Shown: piece after piece, positions 56,310-64,000 of the stretch | Layout: every line of letters starts with the position of its first letter | How positions within the stretch are numbered: the first letter of the stretch is position 1 | DNA from: an uncultured Eubacteriales bacterium | GTDB lineage: Bacteria > Bacillota > Clostridia > Oscillospirales > Acutalibacteraceae | DNA length: 64,000 nt | Direction of reading: 5' to 3' | Assembly: GCA_910584745.1 (NCBI GenBank) | Contig: CAJUDG010000013.1 | Location: 37,082-101,081, forward strand | Translations under genes and position numbers: made by a program | Notes under the pieces: generated by a model | Seen by the model: only the letters and a program-made list of their open reading frames with translations | Told to the model about the DNA's origin: nothing | Databases searched by the model: none

Positions 56310-57998
56310 TCATTGTCCCCCGGAGGGGACGGTCTGCTCCTCCTGCGGAACTAATAGCTCCGTGGGAACTATCCCCTTCATGGCGGCGTAATTGGCGAAG
56401 ACGATGGCCGCATCCCTTCTCACCGTGTTCCTGGCGGGGTAAAAATTGCCGTCTGGACCACCCTTTACAAGCCCCGCGTCCCGGCAGGCATACACGTCCT
56501 CCCTGGCCCAGTCCGATATGCCGCTGTCATCCAGAAAGCCGCCGGGGCTTGCCGCCTTAAGGCCGAAGGCCCTGGCAAGCACGGAGCACATCTCCTGGCG
56601 GGATATGGGATCGTTGGGCCTGAACTTCCCGCCGGCGCCCACCATGGTGCCGCTCTCCCTGGCCCAGTAGGCCACGCCGGAGTACCATTTGCCGGTGCCC
56701 ACGTCGGAGAAGCTGTACATCCCGTCGTACTGCGAGACGTCCACCTTCAGCACCGAGGCTATGACTCTGACGAACTCCGCCCGGGTTATCTTCTTCCCGG
56801 GGTTGAAGTTGCCGCTGGTGTCCCCGCTAAAATAGCCGAGCTTCGATACCTTCTCGATATACTCATAGGCGTAATCCGTCCTGGGCACGTCGGGATAGGT
56901 CAGCGGCGGGTAATCCTCGCCGATATACTTATACGCAACGGTGTTCTTCTTGGGGTATCTGGCGCTGCCGGCCTTGTTGGTGATGGGGTCCACCTCCTTA
57001 TGGCTGCTGGAAAAAGCCGCAGAGCCTATCTGCGTCCCGGAGCCCACCAGGAAATAGTCATGCCTGTCCCTGTCCCCAGAGTCGTTCCAGGTAAGATCCA
57101 CATTATACCAAAGCCCATCGTCCATCTTCACGTTGTTCCACATATGCGAGTCGCTGACGGCCAGCACACAGGGGATGTCCAGCATGTTAAGAATTATCTT
57201 GAGGGCCTTGGCGTACCCCTCGCAGACCGGCTCATACTGGTCCTCAAACATGCCGCTATATGCGCTGTGGGCCATTATGAACATCATGCTGGACGCGGGC
57301 GCATTCAGCGACGCGTAGTTATAGCTGGAGCGACCAGCAAGGATATCGTGGACCCTCTTCACCCTGCTGTACATGTCCTTCTCTGTCCGCGCTGTACCGG
57401 CTATGCTCCTGGCCTCGTTCATCATGCGCTCGTACATGGCGTTCTCCTGGCCGTTATAGGTCATGGGAAAGCCAACGGAGAAGGAGCTGATATTATACCG
57501 CCCGGTGGAGTTATAGCCCCTGAAGCCATAGTAATGGGAGACGGTGCCGTCCAGCCACAATAGGTCCGGCCGGTCATACCGCAGTGCCCCTATGGCCGCG
57601 TTCACGTCATTCTGTATGTCCTTATAGGCCTGCACCCCGCTGCCCGAGGGGTAGAAGCGCCCGCCCGAGATATATCCGCTGACCGCCGCGCCGGTGATGC
57701 CCTTCACATTGAGGTCCACGGTGCTGTTCGAGTAGGTTATCCTGCTCCAGGACATGTTCTTCAGGCTGTTGTAAACGGCCTTCTGCCGGGTGCTCAGGGT
57801 ATTGTACAGGCTGCCCGTGCCGTTTGCCGTCCCCTCATAGCTCTGGACGTATACCGGCTGGCGCTCGTATACGTCCAGGGCCTCGGCCACGTCCGTGGCG
57901 GTAGAGGGTCCCTCCGCCGCGCCGGCCCAGACCGGCTGGCAGAGGACCAGCAGCATTGCAAGCATAAAGGCCAAAAATCTGCTATTATTCGTTTTCAC
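56310..57998 (-). CDS. Secreted transglutaminase-like (Cys-His-Asp) domain protein with three SLH domains
   Basis: Signal peptide; VCEGYAKA, HMWN, VDLTWND; FNPGKKITRAEF, FRPNDPISRQEM and FYPARNTVRRDA SLH motifs. Confidence 0.85.
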   Translation of the reverse strand: MKTNNSRFLAFMLAMLLVLCQPVWAGAAEGPSTATDVAEALDVYERQPVYVQSYEGTANGTGSLYNTLSTRQKAVYNSLKNMSWSRITYSNSTVDLNVKGITGAAVSGYISGGRFYPSGSGVQAYKDIQNDVNAAIGALRYDRPDLLWLDGTVSHYYGFRGYNSTGRYNISSFSVGFPMTYNGQENAMYERMMNEARSIAGTARTEKDMYSRVKRVHDILAGRSSYNYASLNAPASSMMFIMAHSAYSGMFEDQYEPVCEGYAKALKIILNMLDIPCVLAVSDSHMWNNVKMDDGLWYNVDLTWNDSGDRDRHDYFLVGSGTQIGSAAFSSSHKEVDPITNKAGSARYPKKNTVAYKYIGEDYPPLTYPDVPRTDYAYEYIEKVSKLGYFSGDTSGNFNPGKKITRAEFVRVIASVLKVDVSQYDGMYSFSDVGTGKWYSGVAYWARESGTMVGAGGKFRPNDPISRQEMCSVLARAFGLKAASPGGFLDDSGISDWAREDVYACRDAGLVKGGPDGNFYPARNTVRRDAAIVFANYAAMKGIVPTELLVPQEEQTVPSGGQ

Positions 57999-58089
57999 AG
58001 CTCATTCCTCCAACAGTTATGACATTACCAATATATTATCCCCCAAACCGGTCCTATTGTCAATGGGGAATTCTCAAATATGAACGCTG

Positions 58090-58167
58090 TGTTAATAAGC
58101 TGTTAATATCCCTGCGCCAGGGTTGCAAAATCTGTCGAACCATGGTAGAATGTTACCGTTTTGTAAC
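58090..58167 (+). promoter_or_regulatory. Two WalR-type direct-repeat boxes flanking a sigma-A promoter
   Basis: TGTTAA-N5-TGTTAA (58090-58106) and TGTTAC-N5-TGTAAC (58151-58167) around TTGCAA-N17-TAGAAT. Confidence 0.6.
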
Positions 58168-58217
58168 TATTCTCTGTTTGGGGAACTATTTTAGCTTAGA
58201 ATTGAGAGGTACTTTTT

Positions 58218-60005
58218 ATGTTACATAGTCATCAAAGCTCAACGAGACGGGCCCTATGCCTGCTTCTTACGGCGCTCATAGTCTTCCTTGGCCTTCCGGC
58301 CTTCGGCATTGGGGCCAGGGCCGCCACCACTCCCACCAGCCTGGGCCTTGCCATGCAGGGCATCACGGCCCATCGCGACGGCTGGCTGTATGTGGCCGGC
58401 GGCAAGGGCGGTACGGTAAACGGTGTTCGGGCCACTGACTGCGCGGGGCTTTTATACTCCTACTACTCCGACTGCGGCGTGTCCGGCTGTGCGGGCGGCG
58501 CCACAAGCCAGGTCCGCCAGAACACCATTTTCTCCGGCTCGCCCCTTCAGGGCCTGCCCCGCATCCACGGCCTGGCCCTGACAAACTCCGAGCCCGGGGG
58601 CTATGCCCATATCGGCATATACATCGGCAATAACGAGTCCTGCGATAACTCCATGGAGGGTGTGAACATGGTCCGCGCCCAGGTGGAGGACCGCCATTGG
58701 GACGGCTGGCACCTTTTTGACATTGGCACCAAGTACCCCAAGGAGGGCTGGTTCGAGTTCGACGGCAGGATGGTCCACTATACCAGCTATGAGTACGATG
58801 TGGACACGGAGATAGACGGCTACACGATCGGAAGCGACGGCTTCGCCTATCTTGAGGACGGCGAAGCTGCCCCGGTGGACAAGGATCTTCTGAACGGCGT
58901 CTGGGCCCCAGCCACCGAGGTTGCCGCCTATCTTAAGAGCCAGGGCTGGTCCGGCAGCGATGACCCCGACGATATTCCCTTCGACTATAACGCCACTGTC
59001 AATGGCTCCGGCGTGAACCTGCGGGCCGAGCCCAACACCAGTTCCAGGGTTGTGGCGACACTTTCCAAGAACACCAGACTCCTTGCCGGCACGGCCGTAG
59101 CGGGCCAGCAGATCACTGTTGACGGCAAAAAGTATTCAATGTGGTATCCTGTCTCCACCGCCAGCGGCAGGAAGGGATATATCTGCGAGGCATACGTGGA
59201 CCTGCACCTGTCGGCCCCGGAAATAGGCTTTGACGGCGAGGGCGTCACCATGGCCGCCGGGGGCTCTTCAGAGGATATCTATTACACCACCGACTATACC
59301 GACCCCAGCCTGGAGGAGGGCGCGCCGTCCCTCGGCACCATTCCCTACGTCTCCCCAGTCTGCCAGACCGGCTGCACCTATAAAGCCGCTGTGATAAAGA
59401 ACGGCGTTGTAGGCCCTGTGACCACCGCCACGGTCATGAGCAACGGCGCTATCTTTACAGATTTCCTATATAGGAACTGGTTTGCCCCCCATGTGGACCG
59501 GGCCGTGGCACTGGGCCTGTTCAACGGCGACGGCAGCGGCAGATTCAACCCCAAGGGCTCCATCACGCGAATTCAGTTTGTCATCGTGCTTGCGAACATG
59601 TCCGGCGAGGACGTAGGGGGCTATTCCCTGGATAAGGGCGCCTTTACCGACGTGTCCCCCAACGCCTACTACGCAAAGCATCTGGCCTGGGCGGTGGACA
59701 AGGGCATAGTGGACCGGGGCGGCAAGCTGAGCCCCAACCAAGTGCTCCCCAGGGAGGAGATGTGCGTTCTGCTGGACAAGTACCTTACCAATATTCTGGG
59801 CATAACCGAGGTGGATGTTTCCGGCATCGAGACCTTTGAGGACGACGGTTCCATCAGCGGATACGCCAGGGAGTCCGTCTATAGGATGCGTGCCCTGGGC
59901 ATCGTCAGCGGCGTCGGCAACAATAAATTCGACCCCATGGGCACCTCCCAGCGGTGCGCGGCCAGCATAGTTGCCGTGCTGTTCCACGATATGTTCCTGG
60001 AGTAA
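58218..60005 (+). CDS. Cell-wall hydrolase-like protein: NlpC/P60-like, SH3b, FN3-associated and SLH domains
   Basis: DCAGL..HIGIYIG, VNLRAEPNTSS..GYI, IYYTTD, FNPKGSITRIQF and further SLH motifs. Confidence 0.8.
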   Translation: MLHSHQSSTRRALCLLLTALIVFLGLPAFGIGARAATTPTSLGLAMQGITAHRDGWLYVAGGKGGTVNGVRATDCAGLLYSYYSDCGVSGCAGGATSQVRQNTIFSGSPLQGLPRIHGLALTNSEPGGYAHIGIYIGNNESCDNSMEGVNMVRAQVEDRHWDGWHLFDIGTKYPKEGWFEFDGRMVHYTSYEYDVDTEIDGYTIGSDGFAYLEDGEAAPVDKDLLNGVWAPATEVAAYLKSQGWSGSDDPDDIPFDYNATVNGSGVNLRAEPNTSSRVVATLSKNTRLLAGTAVAGQQITVDGKKYSMWYPVSTASGRKGYICEAYVDLHLSAPEIGFDGEGVTMAAGGSSEDIYYTTDYTDPSLEEGAPSLGTIPYVSPVCQTGCTYKAAVIKNGVVGPVTTATVMSNGAIFTDFLYRNWFAPHVDRAVALGLFNGDGSGRFNPKGSITRIQFVIVLANMSGEDVGGYSLDKGAFTDVSPNAYYAKHLAWAVDKGIVDRGGKLSPNQVLPREEMCVLLDKYLTNILGITEVDVSGIETFEDDGSISGYARESVYRMRALGIVSGVGNNKFDPMGTSQRCAASIVAVLFHDMFLE

Positions 60006-60044
60006 TTATTTAAGAGATTTCTGTTTTAGGGTAATCATAAATTA

Positions 60045-60084
60045 AAAGCCCGCTCATGGAAAACCATGAGCGGGCCTGTTTTTT
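60045..60084. terminator. Bidirectional terminator
   Basis: GCCCGCTCATGG-AAAA-CCATGAGCGGGC. Confidence 0.85.
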
Positions 60085-61135
60085 ATTCCAGCACCCGGGC
60101 CTTGACCTTCAGCGCCAGATCCACACAGCTCTGTGTGCCGGAATATTCCAGCACGGTCTCGGTCACGCCTGCGGCCCTGCCGCCCAGCAGGGCCAGCTGA
60201 TTCACATAGGCCTGACCCTCGTCCCCGTCCAGGGGAAAGCCGTTTATGGCCGCCGCGTTCACCGGCGTGTCCATCTCCTGCCGCCCGGTCTCAACGGCCC
60301 TCTCGCCGTCCCATCTGTAGAGGCTCCTCTGCACCGGGCCCACGTCCCCGCCAAGGGAGCGGGTGTAGCCGTCCCGGCTGGAGATGATCCCCTGGGTATA
60401 GCCCCGGGAGCTGAGCTCCTCGGCCATATAGTCCAGGATAAAGGCGCTCTGCAGCCAGCCGAAGCCCAGGTAGCAGTCGAGCCCCAGCTCCCCGGCCAGC
60501 TCCGCGTATTCCGGCGAGACCTCAAGCCGCACCGTATTTTCACCCAACAGCTCCAACTCCGCCCCGGTCTGCGCAAATTCCGTCAGCTGCTCAAGAGTAT
60601 CCTTCGTTTCCGGTTCCGCAAAGGGGTCCGTCCCTCTGTCAAAATACAGATTCAAACAGTAAGCCTCCAGCACCCCCAGGTATATGGTCCTGTCATCCGC
60701 CTTTTCCAGGCGCTCAAAGGCCCCGTAAAGCCGCGGGTCCACCTGGACCGCTTCGCCGGGATGGGTGTTGATGTAGCAGAGGTTATTGGGGCACTCCTCA
60801 TAGGTCTGGGTATTGTCGAACAGCCTGCCCAAATCCAGGCACTGCTGGGTATACAGTGTCGTCAGCGCCTTGCGCTGGGCGGTGGCCCCCTCCCCCAGCA
60901 GGTAGTCGAAGACGAAGTCCCCGGCCACATAGGCCTCGTTGGTGGTGGCCTCTATCCGCGCCCAGCCCGGCTCTGTGGTCAGCAGGCTGTAAATGCCGAA
61001 CCCCAGGGCGGAAAGCCCCAGGGCAAGGCACAGGACAAAGGCGATGAACCTAAGTCCCAAATGCGTGCTTTTCAGCTCCACCCGCTCCACCTTCGGCAGG
61101 GCCGGCGGGAGTTTTCTGCGTGCGCCGCGCCCCAT
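60083..61135 (-). CDS. Membrane-anchored ApbE (FAD:protein FMN transferase)-like protein, degenerate
   Basis: HPGEAVQVDPRLY and LGFGWLQSAFILDYMAEEL..G resemble ApbE segments, but the GGIAKG motif is missing. Start overlaps the oppF stop. Confidence 0.5.
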   Translation of the reverse strand: MGRGARRKLPPALPKVERVELKSTHLGLRFIAFVLCLALGLSALGFGIYSLLTTEPGWARIEATTNEAYVAGDFVFDYLLGEGATAQRKALTTLYTQQCLDLGRLFDNTQTYEECPNNLCYINTHPGEAVQVDPRLYGAFERLEKADDRTIYLGVLEAYCLNLYFDRGTDPFAEPETKDTLEQLTEFAQTGAELELLGENTVRLEVSPEYAELAGELGLDCYLGFGWLQSAFILDYMAEELSSRGYTQGIISSRDGYTRSLGGDVGPVQRSLYRWDGERAVETGRQEMDTPVNAAAINGFPLDGDEGQAYVNQLALLGGRAAGVTETVLEYSGTQSCVDLALKVKARVLE

Positions 61136-62439
61136 CAGAAGACGACGGCCGCCAGCAGGGCCAGCAGGAACAGCGCTATCACCGCCCCGATTATGGCAAA
61201 GCAGATGATGGCCCCCTTCTTACAGGCCTTATAGTTTTTGATATAGTTCTTCTTCTTGAATATCAGCGCGGCGATAATGCCCGGTATCGGCAGCAGCAGG
61301 GACAGTATCAGATACCATATGCTGCCGGTGTCGTGCAGGGGCGCGCTTAAAATGGCGCTGGCATCCACCGTCTCCTCCTCGTGCTCCTCCTGGGGAGCGT
61401 CGGGGTCACGGATGGTGATGGACTTCATGGGCACGCCCTTCTCCCTTATGGCCCTGTACTCCTCCAGCTCCTTCTTATTGCCGTAGACGAAGTGGTTATG
61501 CCCTATGTCCGTGAGCTCCGGCTTGTCGGTGCTGTAGTCGTGCACGGAGGGGTCATAGGTAAAGAGCACCTTGCTCTTCTCAAGTATCGGGTCCGGGATG
61601 GGTATGGCGGAGATAAGGGATCGGGTATAGGGGTGCAGCGGGAAGTCAAAGAGCTCCTCCGCCTCGGCCACCTCCACGATGTTGCCCTTATAGATAACGC
61701 CTATCCTGTCGGATATAAAGCGCACTATACTGAGGTCGTGGGCGATGAACAGATAGGTCACGTCCCGCTCCTCCTGGAACTTTTTGAGGAGGTTCAGCAC
61801 CTGGGCGCGTATGGACACGTCCAGGGCAGAGATGGGCTCGTCCGCCACCACCAGCTCCGGCTCCATGACCATGGCCCTGGCCAGGCCTATGCGCTGGCGC
61901 TGTCCGCCGGAGAACTCGTGGGGATAACGAGTCAGATGCTCGGGCAAAAGGCCCACCTCGGTTATCATGTTCTTGACCTTCTGCACCCTGTCCGCCTCGT
62001 TCTCAAAGAGGTGGAAGTTGTAAAGGCCCTCGGATACGATATAGTCCACCGTGGCGCGCTCGTTAAGAGACGCCGCCGGGTCCTGGAAGACCATCTGGAT
62101 ATTGCGTATTACCTCCCGGTCCAGAGAGCGGGGTATCTTGCCGCTGATGGGCACGCCCTTATAGAGTATCTGTCCCGCCGCGCAGGGGTTCACCCTGATG
62201 ACGGCCCGGCCTATGGTGGTCTTGCCGGAGCCTGACTCGCCCACCAGGGAGAAGGTCTCCCCCTTATAGATGTCAAAGGATGCGTTCTGCACCGCCTTAA
62301 CGGCGCTGTCGCCCTTGCCAAAGGTGATGTCCACGTTGCGGATGGACAGCAGCACCTCCCGGCCGGTCACGGGGTCTATGGGCCCGTGCTCCGGCAAATG
62401 GCGCGCTTTTGCGCCAGTTTCAACAGTTGTGGTTGCCAT
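61135..62439 (-). CDS. oppF: Oligopeptide ABC transporter ATP-binding protein with a C-terminal TM extension
   Basis: [29 protein letters not shown]; two hydrophobic helices at the C-terminus. Confidence 0.88.
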   Translation of the reverse strand: MATTTVETGAKARHLPEHGPIDPVTGREVLLSIRNVDITFGKGDSAVKAVQNASFDIYKGETFSLVGESGSGKTTIGRAVIRVNPCAAGQILYKGVPISGKIPRSLDREVIRNIQMVFQDPAASLNERATVDYIVSEGLYNFHLFENEADRVQKVKNMITEVGLLPEHLTRYPHEFSGGQRQRIGLARAMVMEPELVVADEPISALDVSIRAQVLNLLKKFQEERDVTYLFIAHDLSIVRFISDRIGVIYKGNIVEVAEAEELFDFPLHPYTRSLISAIPIPDPILEKSKVLFTYDPSVHDYSTDKPELTDIGHNHFVYGNKKELEEYRAIREKGVPMKSITIRDPDAPQEEHEEETVDASAILSAPLHDTGSIWYLILSLLLPIPGIIAALIFKKKNYIKNYKACKKGAIICFAIIGAVIALFLLALLAAVVF

Positions 62440-62451
62440 ATGCTGTCCCTC

Positions 62452-64000
62452 CTATATATTGAAAGCCCGTATGAGCTTTTCGTGGATGTCCTGGATTATC
62501 TCGGGCTTCTCTATCTTTGGCGCCCTGGGGTCCAGAAGCCAGGTCTTGGCAAAGTGGGTCTCGGTCACCGGGAACATGGGCGGCTCCATCAGGGTGTCCA
62601 GCTTCAGGCAGTAGGGGTTCCGTGGAGCGAAGGGGTCGCCCACAATCTGGTTATAGAGGGAGGGCGGCGTGCCGGTGATTGAATAGAGCTTTGTGTTCCT
62701 CTGGGCCAGCTGCGGGAGACTCGACAGCAGCGCCCAGGTATAGGGGTGCCTGGGGTCGTAGAAGACTTCCTCCACCTTTCCGAGCTCCACTATCTGTCCG
62801 GCGTACAGCACCGCCACGCGGTCCGCCACGTTGGCCACGACCCCCAGGTCGTGGGTGATGAACACGATGGTATAGCCGAACCCCTTCTGAAGGTCCTTGA
62901 TGAGCTTTATTATCTGCGCCTGGATGGTAACGTCCAGGGCCGTGGTGGGCTCGTCGCAGATGAGTATCTTGGGCTGGCAGGAGAGGGCGATGGCGATAAC
63001 TATCCTCTGCCTCATGCCGCCGGAATACTGGAAGGGGTAATCGTCAAAGCGCGCGTCAGCGTTGGGTATGCCAACCTTGTGCATGAGCTCAATGGCCCGG
63101 GCCCTTGCCTCCACCTCGGAGCAGTTCTGGTGCTTAAGAATAATTGAGGTTATCTGCTTGCCGATGGTGATAATGGGGTTCAGGGAGGTCATGGGGTCCT
63201 GGAACACGGTGGCTATCCTGCGGCCCCGGATCTGGGCCCAGTCCCCCGCGAACTTCACGTTGGCAAGGTTCAAAGTGCAGGTGCCGTGCAGGGTGTCGGC
63301 GGTCTCGTCAATATACCGCACTCTGAAGACCACCCTGTCGAATACCTCATCGCTCATGGGGTCCACACCCAGCTGCATGGCCTTCTTTATCTCCTTTAAG
63401 AGCCTGCGGATAAGGCTGACCCGCTTGTGGAAGGGATAGCGGCCCACGGAGAGGTATATCTCCTTGGCGAGTATCTCGTCCCGCTTCTTCTGGGCGGCGC
63501 TTATCTCCGCGGAGGTCTCCTTCTGGTACTGGGCCTTAAGGTCCTCCATGCGCTTATTAAAGCTCTCCTGATAGCCGCTGTCGGCCTTAACGGCGGCGGC
63601 GTTCCGCTTTACCTTCTCCTCATACTCCTGCTCAAGGCGCTTTATCTGGTTGTCAAGGCCCTTTATCTCGCTCCCCAGCTGCTTCATCTTTTCCCTGTCC
63701 GTGCGGGAATCCAGGGTCTGGCGCAGGTTGAAGGTCTCAGCCCGCTTGAAGCGCAGCTCCTCCAGCTTATCCTCATGGGCCTGCCGGTCCTCATCGCTTA
63801 GGGTCATCTTCTGCTTGCGCTCGCTCTCAAGCTCCAGCATCTTGCGGTAGGTGGCCGCGCCGTACTCCAGCTTCGCGTACTCGTCCAGCTTCTTGCGGGT
63901 ATTCTCTATGGTGCTGCGGGCCGTGCCCATCAGCTTCACATGGGTGTCGGCCAGCTCCTCGTCGTTGAAGATGATGCTGCCGTTGTCGATAAAGCCGTTG
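62452..64000 (-). CDS. oppD: Oligopeptide ABC transporter ATP-binding protein with a large charged insertion (5' end outside the window)
   Basis: [44 protein letters not shown]. The frame is open to the window edge. Confidence 0.88.
   Translation of the reverse strand, partial: NGFIDNGSIIFNDEELADTHVKLMGTARSTIENTRKKLDEYAKLEYGAATYRKMLELESERKQKMTLSDEDRQAHEDKLEELRFKRAETFNLRQTLDSRTDREKMKQLGSEIKGLDNQIKRLEQEYEEKVKRNAAAVKADSGYQESFNKRMEDLKAQYQKETSAEISAAQKKRDEILAKEIYLSVGRYPFHKRVSLIRRLLKEIKKAMQLGVDPMSDEVFDRVVFRVRYIDETADTLHGTCTLNLANVKFAGDWAQIRGRRIATVFQDPMTSLNPIITIGKQITSIILKHQNCSEVEARARAIELMHKVGIPNADARFDDYPFQYSGGMRQRIVIAIALSCQPKILICDEPTTALDVTIQAQIIKLIKDLQKGFGYTIVFITHDLGVVANVADRVAVLYAGQIVELGKVEEVFYDPRHPYTWALLSSLPQLAQRNTKLYSITGTPPSLYNQIVGDPFAPRNPYCLKLDTLMEPPMFPVTETHFAKTWLLDPRAPKIEKPEIIQDIHEKLIRAFNI

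Overview
64-kb chromosomal window from a GC-rich, spore-forming gut Clostridia. Gene style, SLH proteins, an L27 N-terminal extension with Prp, and sigma-A promoters suggest an Oscillospiraceae/Acutalibacter-like organism; this taxonomy is inference. Core genes: ackA, tmcAL, rsmF, mrnC, obgE, rplU-prp-rpmA, hisH/hisF, metY, valS, oppD/oppF. Plant-glycan genes: GH35, GH27, GH51, and a LacI-isomerase-split transketolase-FGGY kinase-DUF4038 operon that looks like a D-apiose pathway. The first ~2.2 kb is a graveyard of mobile DNA: an HsdR tail, a dead IS5 and a TopB fragment. Best signals missed by the ORF track: (1) a consensus sigma-A promoter between inverted quasi-palindromic sites, pointing away from an LRR/SLH surface-protein gene (candidate phase-variation switch in the OFF state); (2) three type I toxin-antitoxin-like modules in 5 kb, two of them paralogous Fst-like modules in inverted orientation whose antisense RNAs each copy their own toxin's start region; (3) a leader peptide and a four-fold palindrome upstream of an ABC-F gene; (4) a 60% N/Q 65-aa protein behind a forespore-type promoter; (5) a VanY-like peptidase that has lost all its zinc ligands; (6) an OppF with a transmembrane tail coupled to a degenerate ApbE-like gene. 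No rRNA, tRNA or CRISPR array was seen. All family assignments come from motif recognition by eye, not database searches.
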